A stretch of DNA of 39,447 nt from Candidatus Spechtbacterales bacterium (GTDB lineage: Bacteria; Patescibacteriota; Minisyncoccia; Spechtbacterales; 2-12-FULL-38-22): assembly GCA_040900345.1 (NCBI GenBank), contig JBBDZE010000033.1, forward strand, positions 25,309 through 64,755, written 5' to 3'. Below the pieces are notes generated by a model that did not search any database, was not told where the DNA came from, and was given only the letters and a program-made list of their open reading frames with translations. Shown piece after piece: positions 26,748 through 34,556 of this stretch (the stretch's first letter is position 1; the number at the start of each line of letters is the position of its first letter). The translations under genes and the position numbers were made by a program.

Positions 26748-27347
26748 TTATTTCACCACTTCCTTGAGTTTTTGAAAATCCCCTTGAAGGACTTCTTTTG
26801 TGGCGCCCGAATACAGCGCGGCCGCGGGATGATAGAGCGGAAAAATCGTAATGGGGCCATACGATGCCGAAGCGGCAATGGGCGTACCGTGCAAAACGCC
26901 GATGGTCAGCCCCGCCTCCTGCGCTCCAAACTTTTCCAAAAGGTACTGCATGGAAAAGCGCCCCAAGGTGGCGATTATTTTGGGCTGGATACTATCAATT
27001 TGTCTATCCAAGAATGGTCCATACAGCGCAATTTCCTGCGGGCTTGGGTCGCGGTTAGCCGGCGGACGGTCTTTTACGATGTTAGTTATATAGACGTCTT
27101 CGCGCTTAATGCCGGCGCCCTCTAGCAGCTCGTCCAGCACACGTCCAGCCGCTCCGCAAAAAGGGCGGCCTTGCTCGGCCTCGTTCTTGCCGGGCGCCTC
27201 ACCGATGAACATGAGCTTGGCGTCATGGTTGCCTTCCCCAATAACCGGATAAGCGCCGGCCGCTATGCGCGCCGCATACAGTGGCGAGGCTTTGAGGGCA
27301 AGTACTTCATCTCGAATCGCCTTAAGTTGGTCGTCCTTTGTGTCCAC
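26748..27347 (-). CDS. Uracil-DNA glycosylase, family 4-like
   Basis: Motif A GEAPGKNEAEQGRPFCGAAG and motif B HPAAALY. GTG start at 27347 overlaps the upstream gene by 26 nt. Confidence 0.88.
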   Translation of the reverse strand: MDTKDDQLKAIRDEVLALKASPLYAARIAAGAYPVIGEGNHDAKLMFIGEAPGKNEAEQGRPFCGAAGRVLDELLEGAGIKREDVYITNIVKDRPPANRDPSPQEIALYGPFLDRQIDSIQPKIIATLGRFSMQYLLEKFGAQEAGLTIGVLHGTPIAASASYGPITIFPLYHPAAALYSGATKEVLQGDFQKLKEVVK

Positions 27348-27900
27348 GGAAGTCGTTTAGGATGTTCTGATAGCCCGTTTGCTCAACAACGTTCCACGCC
27401 TCCCGATACTCCGGAGGCTCTTCACCCCTTTCTACGTCGCGCTTCAAGCGATTCGCGTCGCCGAGTACTTCTAGATAGAGATGCGCGTGCACAGCATGCA
27501 CAAAGACGTGCCGCAGTATAGTGCTGTCGGTTATATCAGAGAACAAGCCGACCGTCACTACTTCAGCCTTCACGCCTTGCGTATTGTAGTCGCCGAGTCG
27601 ATGGATAAGCTCATGAGTCAGCACGTCCACAAACCAGTCCGAATCGGTACGGCTTGAAATGACAATGGGGTCGCTAAACGCACCCTCGTAGCTTCCTACC
27701 ACATAAACGGGAATACGATTTTCAAAAAACGTCAGGCCGGTGACTTCTTGCATGCCAGCGAGAAGCCGCTCTTCTTCTTGTTGCCATGCCGCGCGCCTCT
27801 CTTCAACACGAGTGAGCATCTCGTCTTCTGAAAATGAAGCATGCGCGTAGGCGTCAAAAATCGGCGCAAGAAACTTTCCGTAGATGATATCAATCTCCAT
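27322..27900 (-). CDS. Hypothetical protein with an HExxH motif (putative metallopeptidase-like)
   Basis: 192 aa with an ATG start. The only recognisable feature is DVLTHELIHRL. Confidence 0.6.
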   Translation of the reverse strand: MEIDIIYGKFLAPIFDAYAHASFSEDEMLTRVEERRAAWQQEEERLLAGMQEVTGLTFFENRIPVYVVGSYEGAFSDPIVISSRTDSDWFVDVLTHELIHRLGDYNTQGVKAEVVTVGLFSDITDSTILRHVFVHAVHAHLYLEVLGDANRLKRDVERGEEPPEYREAWNVVEQTGYQNILNDFRGHKGRPT

Positions 27901-28088
27901 AGCTTGTTACTGCAATGAAAAGACCTCGTAGTGGAGGCGGGCGTTGGGCACGCCGAGTTTCGTGAATGTCGCAATAAGTGATTTCAGCATGGGCGGGGGT
28001 CCGCAAAGAAAGACGCCAGTTCTTCTTTTTACTCAACTCATGCGTACTCATCCTGCTGCGAGAAGCCGCATATCTATATTCACAAAAT

Positions 28089-29099
28089 TCACAAAGCATG
28101 CTCTCCTTCTCCTCGCCGCTTTTCCATCTGTTCCCAGACGAAATGGCCCGCGAAAAGAACGAGGAACCATCCCGCATAGCCAAGTAAAAACTCTCCATAG
28201 CCAAACGTAAGATGTTCAAAAGAGTCAACGAACGTAATCGTGGTCCAGGAAGTAATTGAAATCGTTCCCGAAATACTGGCGGCCGTAGCCCAGCGTCCGG
28301 CTAAATCCCGCGCGCCGCTCTTGACCGTCCGCAAGAGTTTTTCGCCTATGGGCCCGCCCAAAATAACCCCGTTAATAATAAGGATGCCAACAACCGTCTG
28401 CATGAAGAAAAATTTAGGCGTGAGGGCAATGGCATCTCCAAAAACCAAAGCAACACTAAGAAAATCAATCCCCAATCCCACCCATATTACCTTGCTGATA
28501 CTGCGAAAGTGGGGATAGATATGTTGTTTCAATAGGGATGAACGGTGTGAGACGACGAACAAAAAATCAAGCGTAATGACCGTCCCCAGCGTAAAGATGG
28601 AGTGAGCACTGTGCCCTATGTAAAATAATTGAGTGCGATCAAACTGGCCCGTCCAGGCGGGAAAACTAATCAAGAAAAGCACCACAGCGAGCGCGGCGAC
28701 AAAGAAGGAAAAATATGCCTTTGTTCGCCATACTTGCGGTGCGAGGCGCAATGCGACAAACAGGAGCAGGGCACTGCCAAAGAAGACAAAAAACGGTGTC
28801 GCCGTAAACGGCACTGCCGCCAGTCGTTCGACATGCGTAGGAACCACACCAATGCCCTCGTGGGCAAGCGCGGTCGCCGATAGCAGGCCGATCCATGAGG
28901 CAAGTGCTACCGCCATGCCACCCCAAAACGGCAGGAACAGCCGTGCGGCCACACGCCGGTAGGCGGCTGCTTGTTCTGCGTTGGCGACACGTTGGCTCTT
29001 GTACAAAAAAACAGCACCCCATAAGGACGTCGCGCCCGCAAGGGCTAGGCCGAGTTGCCGCCCGAACATGAAGAGCTCGGAAAGTTCTGCGCCAAACAT
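28089..29099 (-). CDS. Polytopic integral membrane protein (336 aa), function unknown
   Basis: About nine hydrophobic helices. ATG at 29099 lies 1 nt after the stop of a small upstream ORF. Confidence 0.7.
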   Translation of the reverse strand: MFGAELSELFMFGRQLGLALAGATSLWGAVFLYKSQRVANAEQAAAYRRVAARLFLPFWGGMAVALASWIGLLSATALAHEGIGVVPTHVERLAAVPFTATPFFVFFGSALLLFVALRLAPQVWRTKAYFSFFVAALAVVLFLISFPAWTGQFDRTQLFYIGHSAHSIFTLGTVITLDFLFVVSHRSSLLKQHIYPHFRSISKVIWVGLGIDFLSVALVFGDAIALTPKFFFMQTVVGILIINGVILGGPIGEKLLRTVKSGARDLAGRWATAASISGTISITSWTTITFVDSFEHLTFGYGEFLLGYAGWFLVLFAGHFVWEQMEKRRGEGEHAL

Positions 29100-29100
29100 A

Positions 29101-29280
29101 TTAGCGATTCAACAAAAATAACAAGACGCCAAAGAGGTACAAACCCTTGGCCACAACCCAGACGGTAAAATCTCCGTAGACAAGAACGAATGGCAAACTC
29201 GCGAGCAACACAATGCCCGCGCTGAGTAAAATATATTCACTTAACCGAAGCTCAGTAAAAAATGACCGGCCCTTCATCAT
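29101..29280 (-). CDS. Small two-helix membrane ORF (59 aa), below the ORF-track cut-off
   Basis: Hand translation gives MMKGRSFFTELRLSEYILLSAGIVLLASLPFVLVYGDFTVWVVAKGLYLFGVLLFLLNR. Its TAA is separated by 1 nt from the ATG of the 336-aa membrane protein (TAATATG). Confidence 0.45.
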   Translation of the reverse strand: MMKGRSFFTELRLSEYILLSAGIVLLASLPFVLVYGDFTVWVVAKGLYLFGVLLFLLNR

Positions 29281-29394
29281 GCGTTCAGTATACCATCCTT
29301 ATAGAAGTCTTCTCGGGAAAGGCAAGGCGGGCACAATGGCGTTGCACCCGCTGGCCTCGAGCCTCCTTTCGTGGCTCGTGGCTTGTTTGAGGGA

Positions 29395-29784
29395 TTAGCT
29401 TCCCGATGGGGCTTCACCTGTGGGAAAGAGTTCTTGGAAGACTCGCAGGGCAAGCTTCTCTCGCACCATCCTTGGTGAACTTGAACGAGCCTCTGCCTCA
29501 TCCGAGCCGCTTTCCTCCCACCTCCTCAGTTCCTTCCCCTCTGAACTTTCAGCGATGAGCCTACAGATGCATCCGTCCGCATCGTTATACCAGAACGTCG
29601 GTCTCGGAAGATGATGCAGTCGGAAGAATTCGTAGATGGCACCTTCCCAATTTTTGGTCTTGGAGCACTCCCGAATAGCTTGCTCCAAGCGCTTCCACTC
29701 TTCGGGGTCAACCACGACCGGAGGAACCCAGCAGGGAGTCGGTGGGGTGGAAGCTTGCACTCCCTTATCCGTCGTCTGTGTCAT
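29395..29784 (-). CDS. Hypothetical protein (129 aa), GC-rich orphan
   Basis: ATG at 29784 preceded by GAGGGGAG. No TM helix or recognised motif. Sampled line 29461-29520 is 35/60 GC. Confidence 0.5.
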   Translation of the reverse strand: MTQTTDKGVQASTPPTPCWVPPVVVDPEEWKRLEQAIRECSKTKNWEGAIYEFFRLHHLPRPTFWYNDADGCICRLIAESSEGKELRRWEESGSDEAEARSSSPRMVREKLALRVFQELFPTGEAPSGS

Positions 29785-29914
29785 TGAGGTCTCCCCTCGT
29801 TATATAAAAACATCCGCCCACCACTGTGGAACGGACGCCTCCAAATCTCTCTCGCTTCTGAACAACTATACCGCACATGAGGCATTCGGTAAACAAACTT
29901 ATACACAGCCTGTT

Positions 29915-29945
29915 AGCGCCGCACCTTGTTCTTAGGTGTGGCGCT
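29915..29945 (-). terminator. Weak hairpin after msrB
   Basis: agcgccgcacc / ggtgtggcgct: 11-bp stem with one mismatch and no strong T run. Confidence 0.35.
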
Positions 29946-29957
29946 CGCTGCGGTAGC

Positions 29958-30365
29958 TCATTCTTGTTCCTTGCCGCTCTTGTCCAAATCGAGACAGACA
30001 GAGTTCATACAATAGCGTTTGCCGGTTTCGGTAGGCCCATCATTGAACACATGGCCCAAATGCGAACCGCACTTGGCGCACGCAATTTCTGTGCGCTCAA
30101 TGCCCAGGGAACCATCCGATTTCTCTTTGACCGCATCCGGCAACGCCTCGTCAAAGCTGGGCCACCCCGTGCCGGAGTCGAACTTGGCGTCGGATGAGAA
30201 GAGCGGATTGCCGCAGGCAGCACAGTTGTACGTGCCCGAGGACTTTTCGTGCAAGTACTTGCCGCTGCCGGGCATCTCCGTACCACCCTCGCGTAACGAA
30301 TGGTACTGTTCGGGCGACAGCTTACTCTTCCACGCGTCTTCAGTTTTGGGCGTTTTATCCTCCAT
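29958..30365 (-). CDS. msrB: Peptide-methionine (R)-S-oxide reductase
   Basis: CAACGNPLF...GWPSF...CAKCGSHLGHVF...RYCMNS. I chose the ATG at 30365 (MEDKTPK), 1 nt after the msrA TAG. Confidence 0.92.
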   Translation of the reverse strand: MEDKTPKTEDAWKSKLSPEQYHSLREGGTEMPGSGKYLHEKSSGTYNCAACGNPLFSSDAKFDSGTGWPSFDEALPDAVKEKSDGSLGIERTEIACAKCGSHLGHVFNDGPTETGKRYCMNSVCLDLDKSGKEQE

Positions 30366-30366
30366 A

Positions 30367-30912
30367 CTATTGGGCATCCTTGAGAAGTTCTGCAAACTCC
30401 TTTTGGACCTTTTCAAGTTTCGGGTTGATGATCACTTGGCAGTACCCCGCGTTTTTGTTCTTCTCGTAATAGTTTTTGTGGTAGTCCTCGGCTGGGTAGA
30501 AGTTCATGAGCGGCTCCACGTGCGTGACGATAGCCTTCCCTTCGTTACTGGAGGCATTGAGCTTGGCGATGAACTCCTCTGCTGCCTTCTTCTGTTGGGG
30601 TGTCGTGTAAAATAGCACCGAGCGGTACTGAGTTCCCACATCGTTGCCTTGGCGGTTCAGTGAGGTCGGATCGTGCGAGGCAAAAAAGACGGTCAGCAGG
30701 TCTTGGTAGCCAACGTGCGCAGGGTCGTACTCTATCTTGATAACCTCCGCGTAGCCGGTCGCCCCCGAGCACACCTGCTCGTATGTGGGGTTTTCCACGT
30801 GGCCGCCGGCATAGCCCGGCTCCACCGAGCTGACGCCCTCGAGCATCTTGAAGACCGCCTCGGTACACCAGAAGCATCCGCCACCGAACACTGCTGTTTC
30901 GATATTCGTCAT
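30367..30912 (-). CDS. msrA: Peptide-methionine (S)-S-oxide reductase
   Basis: Active site AVFGGGCFWCTEAVF. I chose the ATG at 30912, because the track's TTG extension would translate the upstream palindrome. Confidence 0.92.
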   Translation of the reverse strand: MTNIETAVFGGGCFWCTEAVFKMLEGVSSVEPGYAGGHVENPTYEQVCSGATGYAEVIKIEYDPAHVGYQDLLTVFFASHDPTSLNRQGNDVGTQYRSVLFYTTPQQKKAAEEFIAKLNASSNEGKAIVTHVEPLMNFYPAEDYHKNYYEKNKNAGYCQVIINPKLEKVQKEFAELLKDAQ

Positions 30913-30946
30913 GTCTTTAGTATACCGCACCGAAAAACTCCAGCCA

Positions 30947-31000
30947 GACAAAGACCGTAAGCTATTTCGACCGCCGTCGAAATAGCTTACGGTCTTTGTC
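30947..31000 (-). terminator. Very long perfect hairpin (25-bp stem, 4-nt loop) between the tRNA-binding gene and msrA
   Basis: gacaaagaccgtaagctatttcgac cgcc gtcgaaatagcttacggtctttgtc. On the minus strand a TTTTT run follows 9 nt later. Confidence 0.6.
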
Positions 31001-31010
31001 AATCGCTTTT

Positions 31011-31343
31011 CTACCCCACCTTGCTTCCTGGGTCCACGAGCTTTTCGGGATGCAACAGCACTGGCGCGCCCTCTTGCCCGTGTGCAGCCAACAGCATGCC
31101 GTTGCTTTTCATGCCCAGCATTTCGCGCGGTTCCAAATTGGTCACAAAAGGTAACTGCATGCCAATCAACACTTCGGCATCCACATACTTGGCAATGCCT
31201 GACAAAATTTGACGCGGCTCTTCCTCGCCAAAGTCAACCATCAGTTTAAGCAGTTTTTCCGATCCTTCAACCGGCTCGGCCGAAAGAATGGTGCCAATTT
31301 TTATTTCTACTTCGCTAAAATGAGAAAAAGGAATGTTGACCAT
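31011..31343 (-). CDS. tRNA-binding domain protein (CsaA/EMAP-like)
   Basis: FSEVEIKIGTILSAEPVEGSEKLLKLMVDFG...ILSGIAKY matches the tRNA_bind OB fold seen in CsaA and the MetRS C-terminus. I chose the ATG at 31343. Confidence 0.85.
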   Translation of the reverse strand: MVNIPFSHFSEVEIKIGTILSAEPVEGSEKLLKLMVDFGEEEPRQILSGIAKYVDAEVLIGMQLPFVTNLEPREMLGMKSNGMLLAAHGQEGAPVLLHPEKLVDPGSKVG

Positions 31344-31377
31344 GCTGTTATTGTATCGCATTTCTCTCAAACGAAAA

Positions 31378-31407
31378 CATTCTAATATTCTTGAGAATAT
31401 TAGAATG
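31378..31407. promoter_or_regulatory. 14-2-14 palindrome, copy 1: putative ArsR operator upstream of the tRNA-binding gene
   Basis: cattctaatattct tg agaatattagaatg. It overlaps the ArsR stop codon and lies 35 nt upstream of the ATG at 31343. Confidence 0.5.
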
Positions 31408-31666
31408 TTTTTAGAAAATCTACAAACCTCCTTCCATACGGAGAAAGCGAGTGAGCAACCGAAGGCCCCTGATATTTTTTATTCAGCAACCCTGCATGCG
31501 CAAGGCGACGGGTATGCTCGGAGGTTGTTTTGATATTGCAATGAAGCTCCTCGGCAATTGCGTCCAGCGTTAAGCCTTCCGCTTTTGCAAGTAAGAACAA
31601 AATTTCAATGCGTCGATGATTTGCGGCCCCCTTGCAATACCGCTCAAGTTGCTTTGCTTTTTTCAT
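31400..31666 (-). CDS. ArsR/SmtB-family winged-helix transcriptional regulator
   Basis: NHRRIEILFLLAKAEGLTLDAIAEELHCNIKTTSEHTRRLAHAGLL. 88 aa. Confidence 0.85.
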   Translation of the reverse strand: MKKAKQLERYCKGAANHRRIEILFLLAKAEGLTLDAIAEELHCNIKTTSEHTRRLAHAGLLNKKYQGPSVAHSLSPYGRRFVDFLKTF

Positions 31667-31680
31667 ACTTCCACCCTACT

Positions 31681-31718
31681 CTATCATTCTAATATTCTCA
31701 AGAATATTAGAATGATAG
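31681..31718. promoter_or_regulatory. Palindrome copy 2 (18-2-18): putative ArsR operator in its own promoter region
   Basis: ctatcattctaatattct ca agaatattagaatgatag. Same 14-bp arms as copy 1. Lies 15 nt upstream of the ArsR ATG and 5 nt after the NUDIX stop. Confidence 0.5.
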
Positions 31719-31722
31719 TTGC

Positions 31723-32163
31723 TTATTGTTTTGCGGTTCCATAGAAAAGATTAATGCACTCATCGTTGCCTGATATCAAGTCAAGCTCCAGTGCGTCCTG
31801 TGCGCTCACCCAGCAGTAATCCTGGTGCTCATCGCTCAAGACAACGCGCGGCTTTTTGGGCAGCTGGACCTGGAACATGTGGAAAATAAAATCAAACTCC
31901 GGGTAGCGAACGTATGTTTTTTGAAAGTAGCCAATAACCTCAACCGGCACCGAAATTCCTGTTTCTTCCTGCAATTCCCTGGCTATTGCCGCCTGCAACG
32001 CCTCGCCCGGGTCAACTTTACCCCCTGGCATGCCCCATCGACTGCCCTGAAATACGCCATCTTTTCTGCGCAAAAAGAGTGCTTTTCCTTCGGCTTCCAA
32101 AAAACAACTTACGGCCTCAACCGTTGGGTTAAAATGTTTGGGAGGTTTTTGGTAGACACTCAT
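31723..32163 (-). CDS. NUDIX hydrolase
   Basis: Nudix box GGKVDPGEALQAAIARELQEETGI. I chose the ATG at 32163, which forms an ATGA overlap with the upstream gene. Confidence 0.88.
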   Translation of the reverse strand: MSVYQKPPKHFNPTVEAVSCFLEAEGKALFLRRKDGVFQGSRWGMPGGKVDPGEALQAAIARELQEETGISVPVEVIGYFQKTYVRYPEFDFIFHMFQVQLPKKPRVVLSDEHQDYCWVSAQDALELDLISGNDECINLFYGTAKQ

Positions 32164-32627
32164 AGGCCTTGTGCTTCCATCCAATCGTGCGGCATGACTG
32201 ATGCAATGCCCAAACGTTTGGCTTGTTCGTATTCCCACGAGGCGCCTTTAGACGTTTCCCAACCGGGAAGAAAATAAAACTTTGCAATATAGCCGGTTTC
32301 AAAAATGGGCAAAAAGAAATCGTCCAGCAAGCCCATCAGATAGCCGGTCTCAACACCCTTGCGTTTGATGTTTTGAACCGCATGCTCAAAGGGACGCTGG
32401 TCAAAGACGTTCTCCCTTCCTGCGATGAGCAACTCAATGGCCATGTCAAAAATGCGAAAATTATCCGCTACCGAGCCCATGCCCCCGGTAGAGATGGGGC
32501 CGCACACTTGCACCACCGGCTCGGGAATGCGCGGCAAAATCTGCATAGCAAGGGCCAGCATATCCTCGTAGCTGTCCATCGTCGCTACCTGCTCTAATTC
32601 TTCTTTGGTCCAATGGGGGTTAGGCAT
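32160..32627 (-). CDS. DUF4406-like (nucleoside 2-deoxyribosyltransferase-like fold) protein
   Basis: VCGPISTGG and LPGWETSKGASWEYEQAKRLGI resemble the AGP.TG ... LPGWE.S.GA..E...A..LG pattern. Family recalled from memory, not searched. Confidence 0.55.
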   Translation of the reverse strand: MPNPHWTKEELEQVATMDSYEDMLALAMQILPRIPEPVVQVCGPISTGGMGSVADNFRIFDMAIELLIAGRENVFDQRPFEHAVQNIKRKGVETGYLMGLLDDFFLPIFETGYIAKFYFLPGWETSKGASWEYEQAKRLGIASVMPHDWMEAQGL

Positions 32628-32664
32628 ACGTTATAGTTGTCATTCAATGATGACTTTCCTCGTC

Positions 32665-33153
32665 CTAAACTCCCTTACGTTGGTCCACCAAGCCACCCAG
32701 GTAGTTTGCTGTATAAATAATCTCATCGCCTTGCACGATCTGCTCTTCACCGGAATATTTCTCCAAATCACCCTCCCATGCATTCACGTAGGTAAAGCTA
32801 TCCTGTCGGTACTCTTTGGGGCCGCGAAAAGGAGCCTCCTGCGGCATTCGCATTAAAGCATTACGTAAAACCTCATACACGGGATTTGGGTCTGCGCTTT
32901 CATTCACCCATCCATAGTACACCATTATCCAGGAGGGTTTGCTATCGTAAAGCACAATTACTCTACCGCCGTAGGGCTCGCCGCCAAAAAAATTATCATG
33001 TGAGCGCCACAGACCCTTTTCGAACGGGATTGTGGTAGAACCATCGGGCTCTTTCACCCAGTCCTTTTCCTCTCCAGCGGCGTATCCCGCCTTGTTGCAG
33101 TCAACCAAGAATTGACGTAACTGTTCGATATCCATGGGCATGTCGTGATGCAT
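32665..33153 (-). CDS. DUF5680-like protein
   Basis: FL...NKAGYA...FFGGEPYGG...YYGWV...PFRGPKEY...YSGEEQI...YLGGLV resembles the DUF5680 pattern. Family recalled from memory, not searched. Confidence 0.5.
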   Translation of the reverse strand: MHHDMPMDIEQLRQFLVDCNKAGYAAGEEKDWVKEPDGSTTIPFEKGLWRSHDNFFGGEPYGGRVIVLYDSKPSWIMVYYGWVNESADPNPVYEVLRNALMRMPQEAPFRGPKEYRQDSFTYVNAWEGDLEKYSGEEQIVQGDEIIYTANYLGGLVDQRKGV

Positions 33154-34054
33154 TTTTATTTTTTATAGTGCTACTTAGTATGGATTCCGTGTGCTTTTTG
33201 ACCCACCGAGCAGCCTTCTTCTGTCCCGAATTCACAAAAAAGACAAACGACGAGAGTCCCAGAAATAACTGATAGCAGGCTATTCTTTCCTCGTAATTCT
33301 CAACAGCAATCCCCACTTTTTTATAATGAACTTTGAATTTTTCAGCATACTGAACGTCACGCGACCAAAAGTCTAACCACGCAATATCGAATAAAAAATC
33401 TCCATACTTCATTTCTCCCCAATCAATGACGCCCGTAATCTTTTTGCCATCCGCCAACACGTTATTGAATCCGTAATCTCCGTGCACTAAGGAGCGCTTT
33501 TCGGGACAGTAGCGCACTAGCGTTCTAATCTTTTCTTCCACTTCTTCAAAAAACTCTTTCTCTTGTCCTGTTTTGTTCTGTATGGATAGTATATAGGACC
33601 TCCAGGAGTCAGACATTCCTACTCCTCGCATATTCAGGTCCCCAGATCTCTTACCCTGGCTCGAAATCTTCGTGGAGTGAATGGCATCCAACGTTCTCAT
33701 AAGCTGGGGAAGAAGTTCATTGAGGTCCTTGGTATTGAAATCTTCCACAACCTTGCCCGCAACTCTTTCAGAAATTGAGAAAAACAATCGCTCATTCAGC
33801 CTCCCAATTTTGATTATCTTGGGAATGGGTACTGCATCCGAACGAAAGTGCCGATAGGCGTACACATCTTTCCGAAAAGTTCTCGCTGTGTTGTTTGCCC
33901 GAATTACATACTTTCCCTCACTTGTATCAAATGCAAAAGCTCGAGAGTATTCCCCTCCCCGCAACGGGTGTAGAGCTCGAATCGGTTCGGCATATTCTTC
34001 GCGCAAAAACGTTCTCACCTCTCCAATCGTGACACGTGTCTTTACCGTAGACAT
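33101..34054 (-). CDS. Aminoglycoside/small-molecule phosphotransferase (APH family kinase)
   Basis: Brenner motif LVHGDYGFNNVL and GVIDWGEMKYGD. I chose the ATG at 34054 (MSTVKTR). Confidence 0.85.
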   Translation of the reverse strand: MSTVKTRVTIGEVRTFLREEYAEPIRALHPLRGGEYSRAFAFDTSEGKYVIRANNTARTFRKDVYAYRHFRSDAVPIPKIIKIGRLNERLFFSISERVAGKVVEDFNTKDLNELLPQLMRTLDAIHSTKISSQGKRSGDLNMRGVGMSDSWRSYILSIQNKTGQEKEFFEEVEEKIRTLVRYCPEKRSLVHGDYGFNNVLADGKKITGVIDWGEMKYGDFLFDIAWLDFWSRDVQYAEKFKVHYKKVGIAVENYEERIACYQLFLGLSSFVFFVNSGQKKAARWVKKHTESILSSTIKNKNASRHAHGYRTVTSILG

Positions 34055-34085
34055 ATTTTTATCTTGCGATATTATCCATATATTT

Positions 34086-34544
34086 TCAAACGGGAGCTGA
34101 AACCACATACCCCAAGATATCAAACTGTGGGCCAAAAAATTCTACCATTTCGTAATCGGGTCGTTCAATAAGACGAAGATGTTCTGACGAGTTTAAATAC
34201 TTATTTTTAAAATCTTCATACTCGCCTGCGTCAAAGTCCACACAGCCAACCTGAGGGCGCTGGGGGTCGGGCTTGCGAACACGAATGCGCGGAATGCCGT
34301 CTATGGCCTCGTTCAATTTTACTTGCTGTCCGTTGTTGGCCTCAGAAACCTCCCCCAAGCTGGCAAGCATGGCTACCAGCCCATCATATTCTTCCTGGGA
34401 GTGGGCAAAAATTGTAAGGTAGGTAATGGGATAGCGCTGCCCCGTTACCTTTTCGGCCAATGTGGCAGCCTCCTTCGCCACATACTGCACGGCCGCAAAA
34501 AGCTCTTCGTGTGTTTTAATTGGGCTGAAGCGGTAAGAAGTCAT
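34086..34544 (-). CDS. Hypothetical protein (152 aa)
   Basis: ATG start. Tightly packed in the operon. No motif recognised. Confidence 0.6.
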   Translation of the reverse strand: MTSYRFSPIKTHEELFAAVQYVAKEAATLAEKVTGQRYPITYLTIFAHSQEEYDGLVAMLASLGEVSEANNGQQVKLNEAIDGIPRIRVRKPDPQRPQVGCVDFDAGEYEDFKNKYLNSSEHLRLIERPDYEMVEFFGPQFDILGYVVSAPV

Positions 34545-34556
34545 ACTTCTGATGTG

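Noticed and set aside
27890-28228. 112-aa minus-strand ORF spanning the gap between the HExxH gene and the 336-aa membrane gene.
   Set aside because: Its first half overlaps the C-terminal coding region of the membrane protein in another frame. Its composition is Cys/Arg-rich and it has no SD. The 188-bp gap is more likely a promoter region.
31378-31718. Repeated 30-bp palindromes as a possible mini-CRISPR array or MITE.
   Set aside because: There are only two copies. The 270-bp interval between them is an intact ArsR gene, and I found no target-site duplications or terminal structure of a mobile element.
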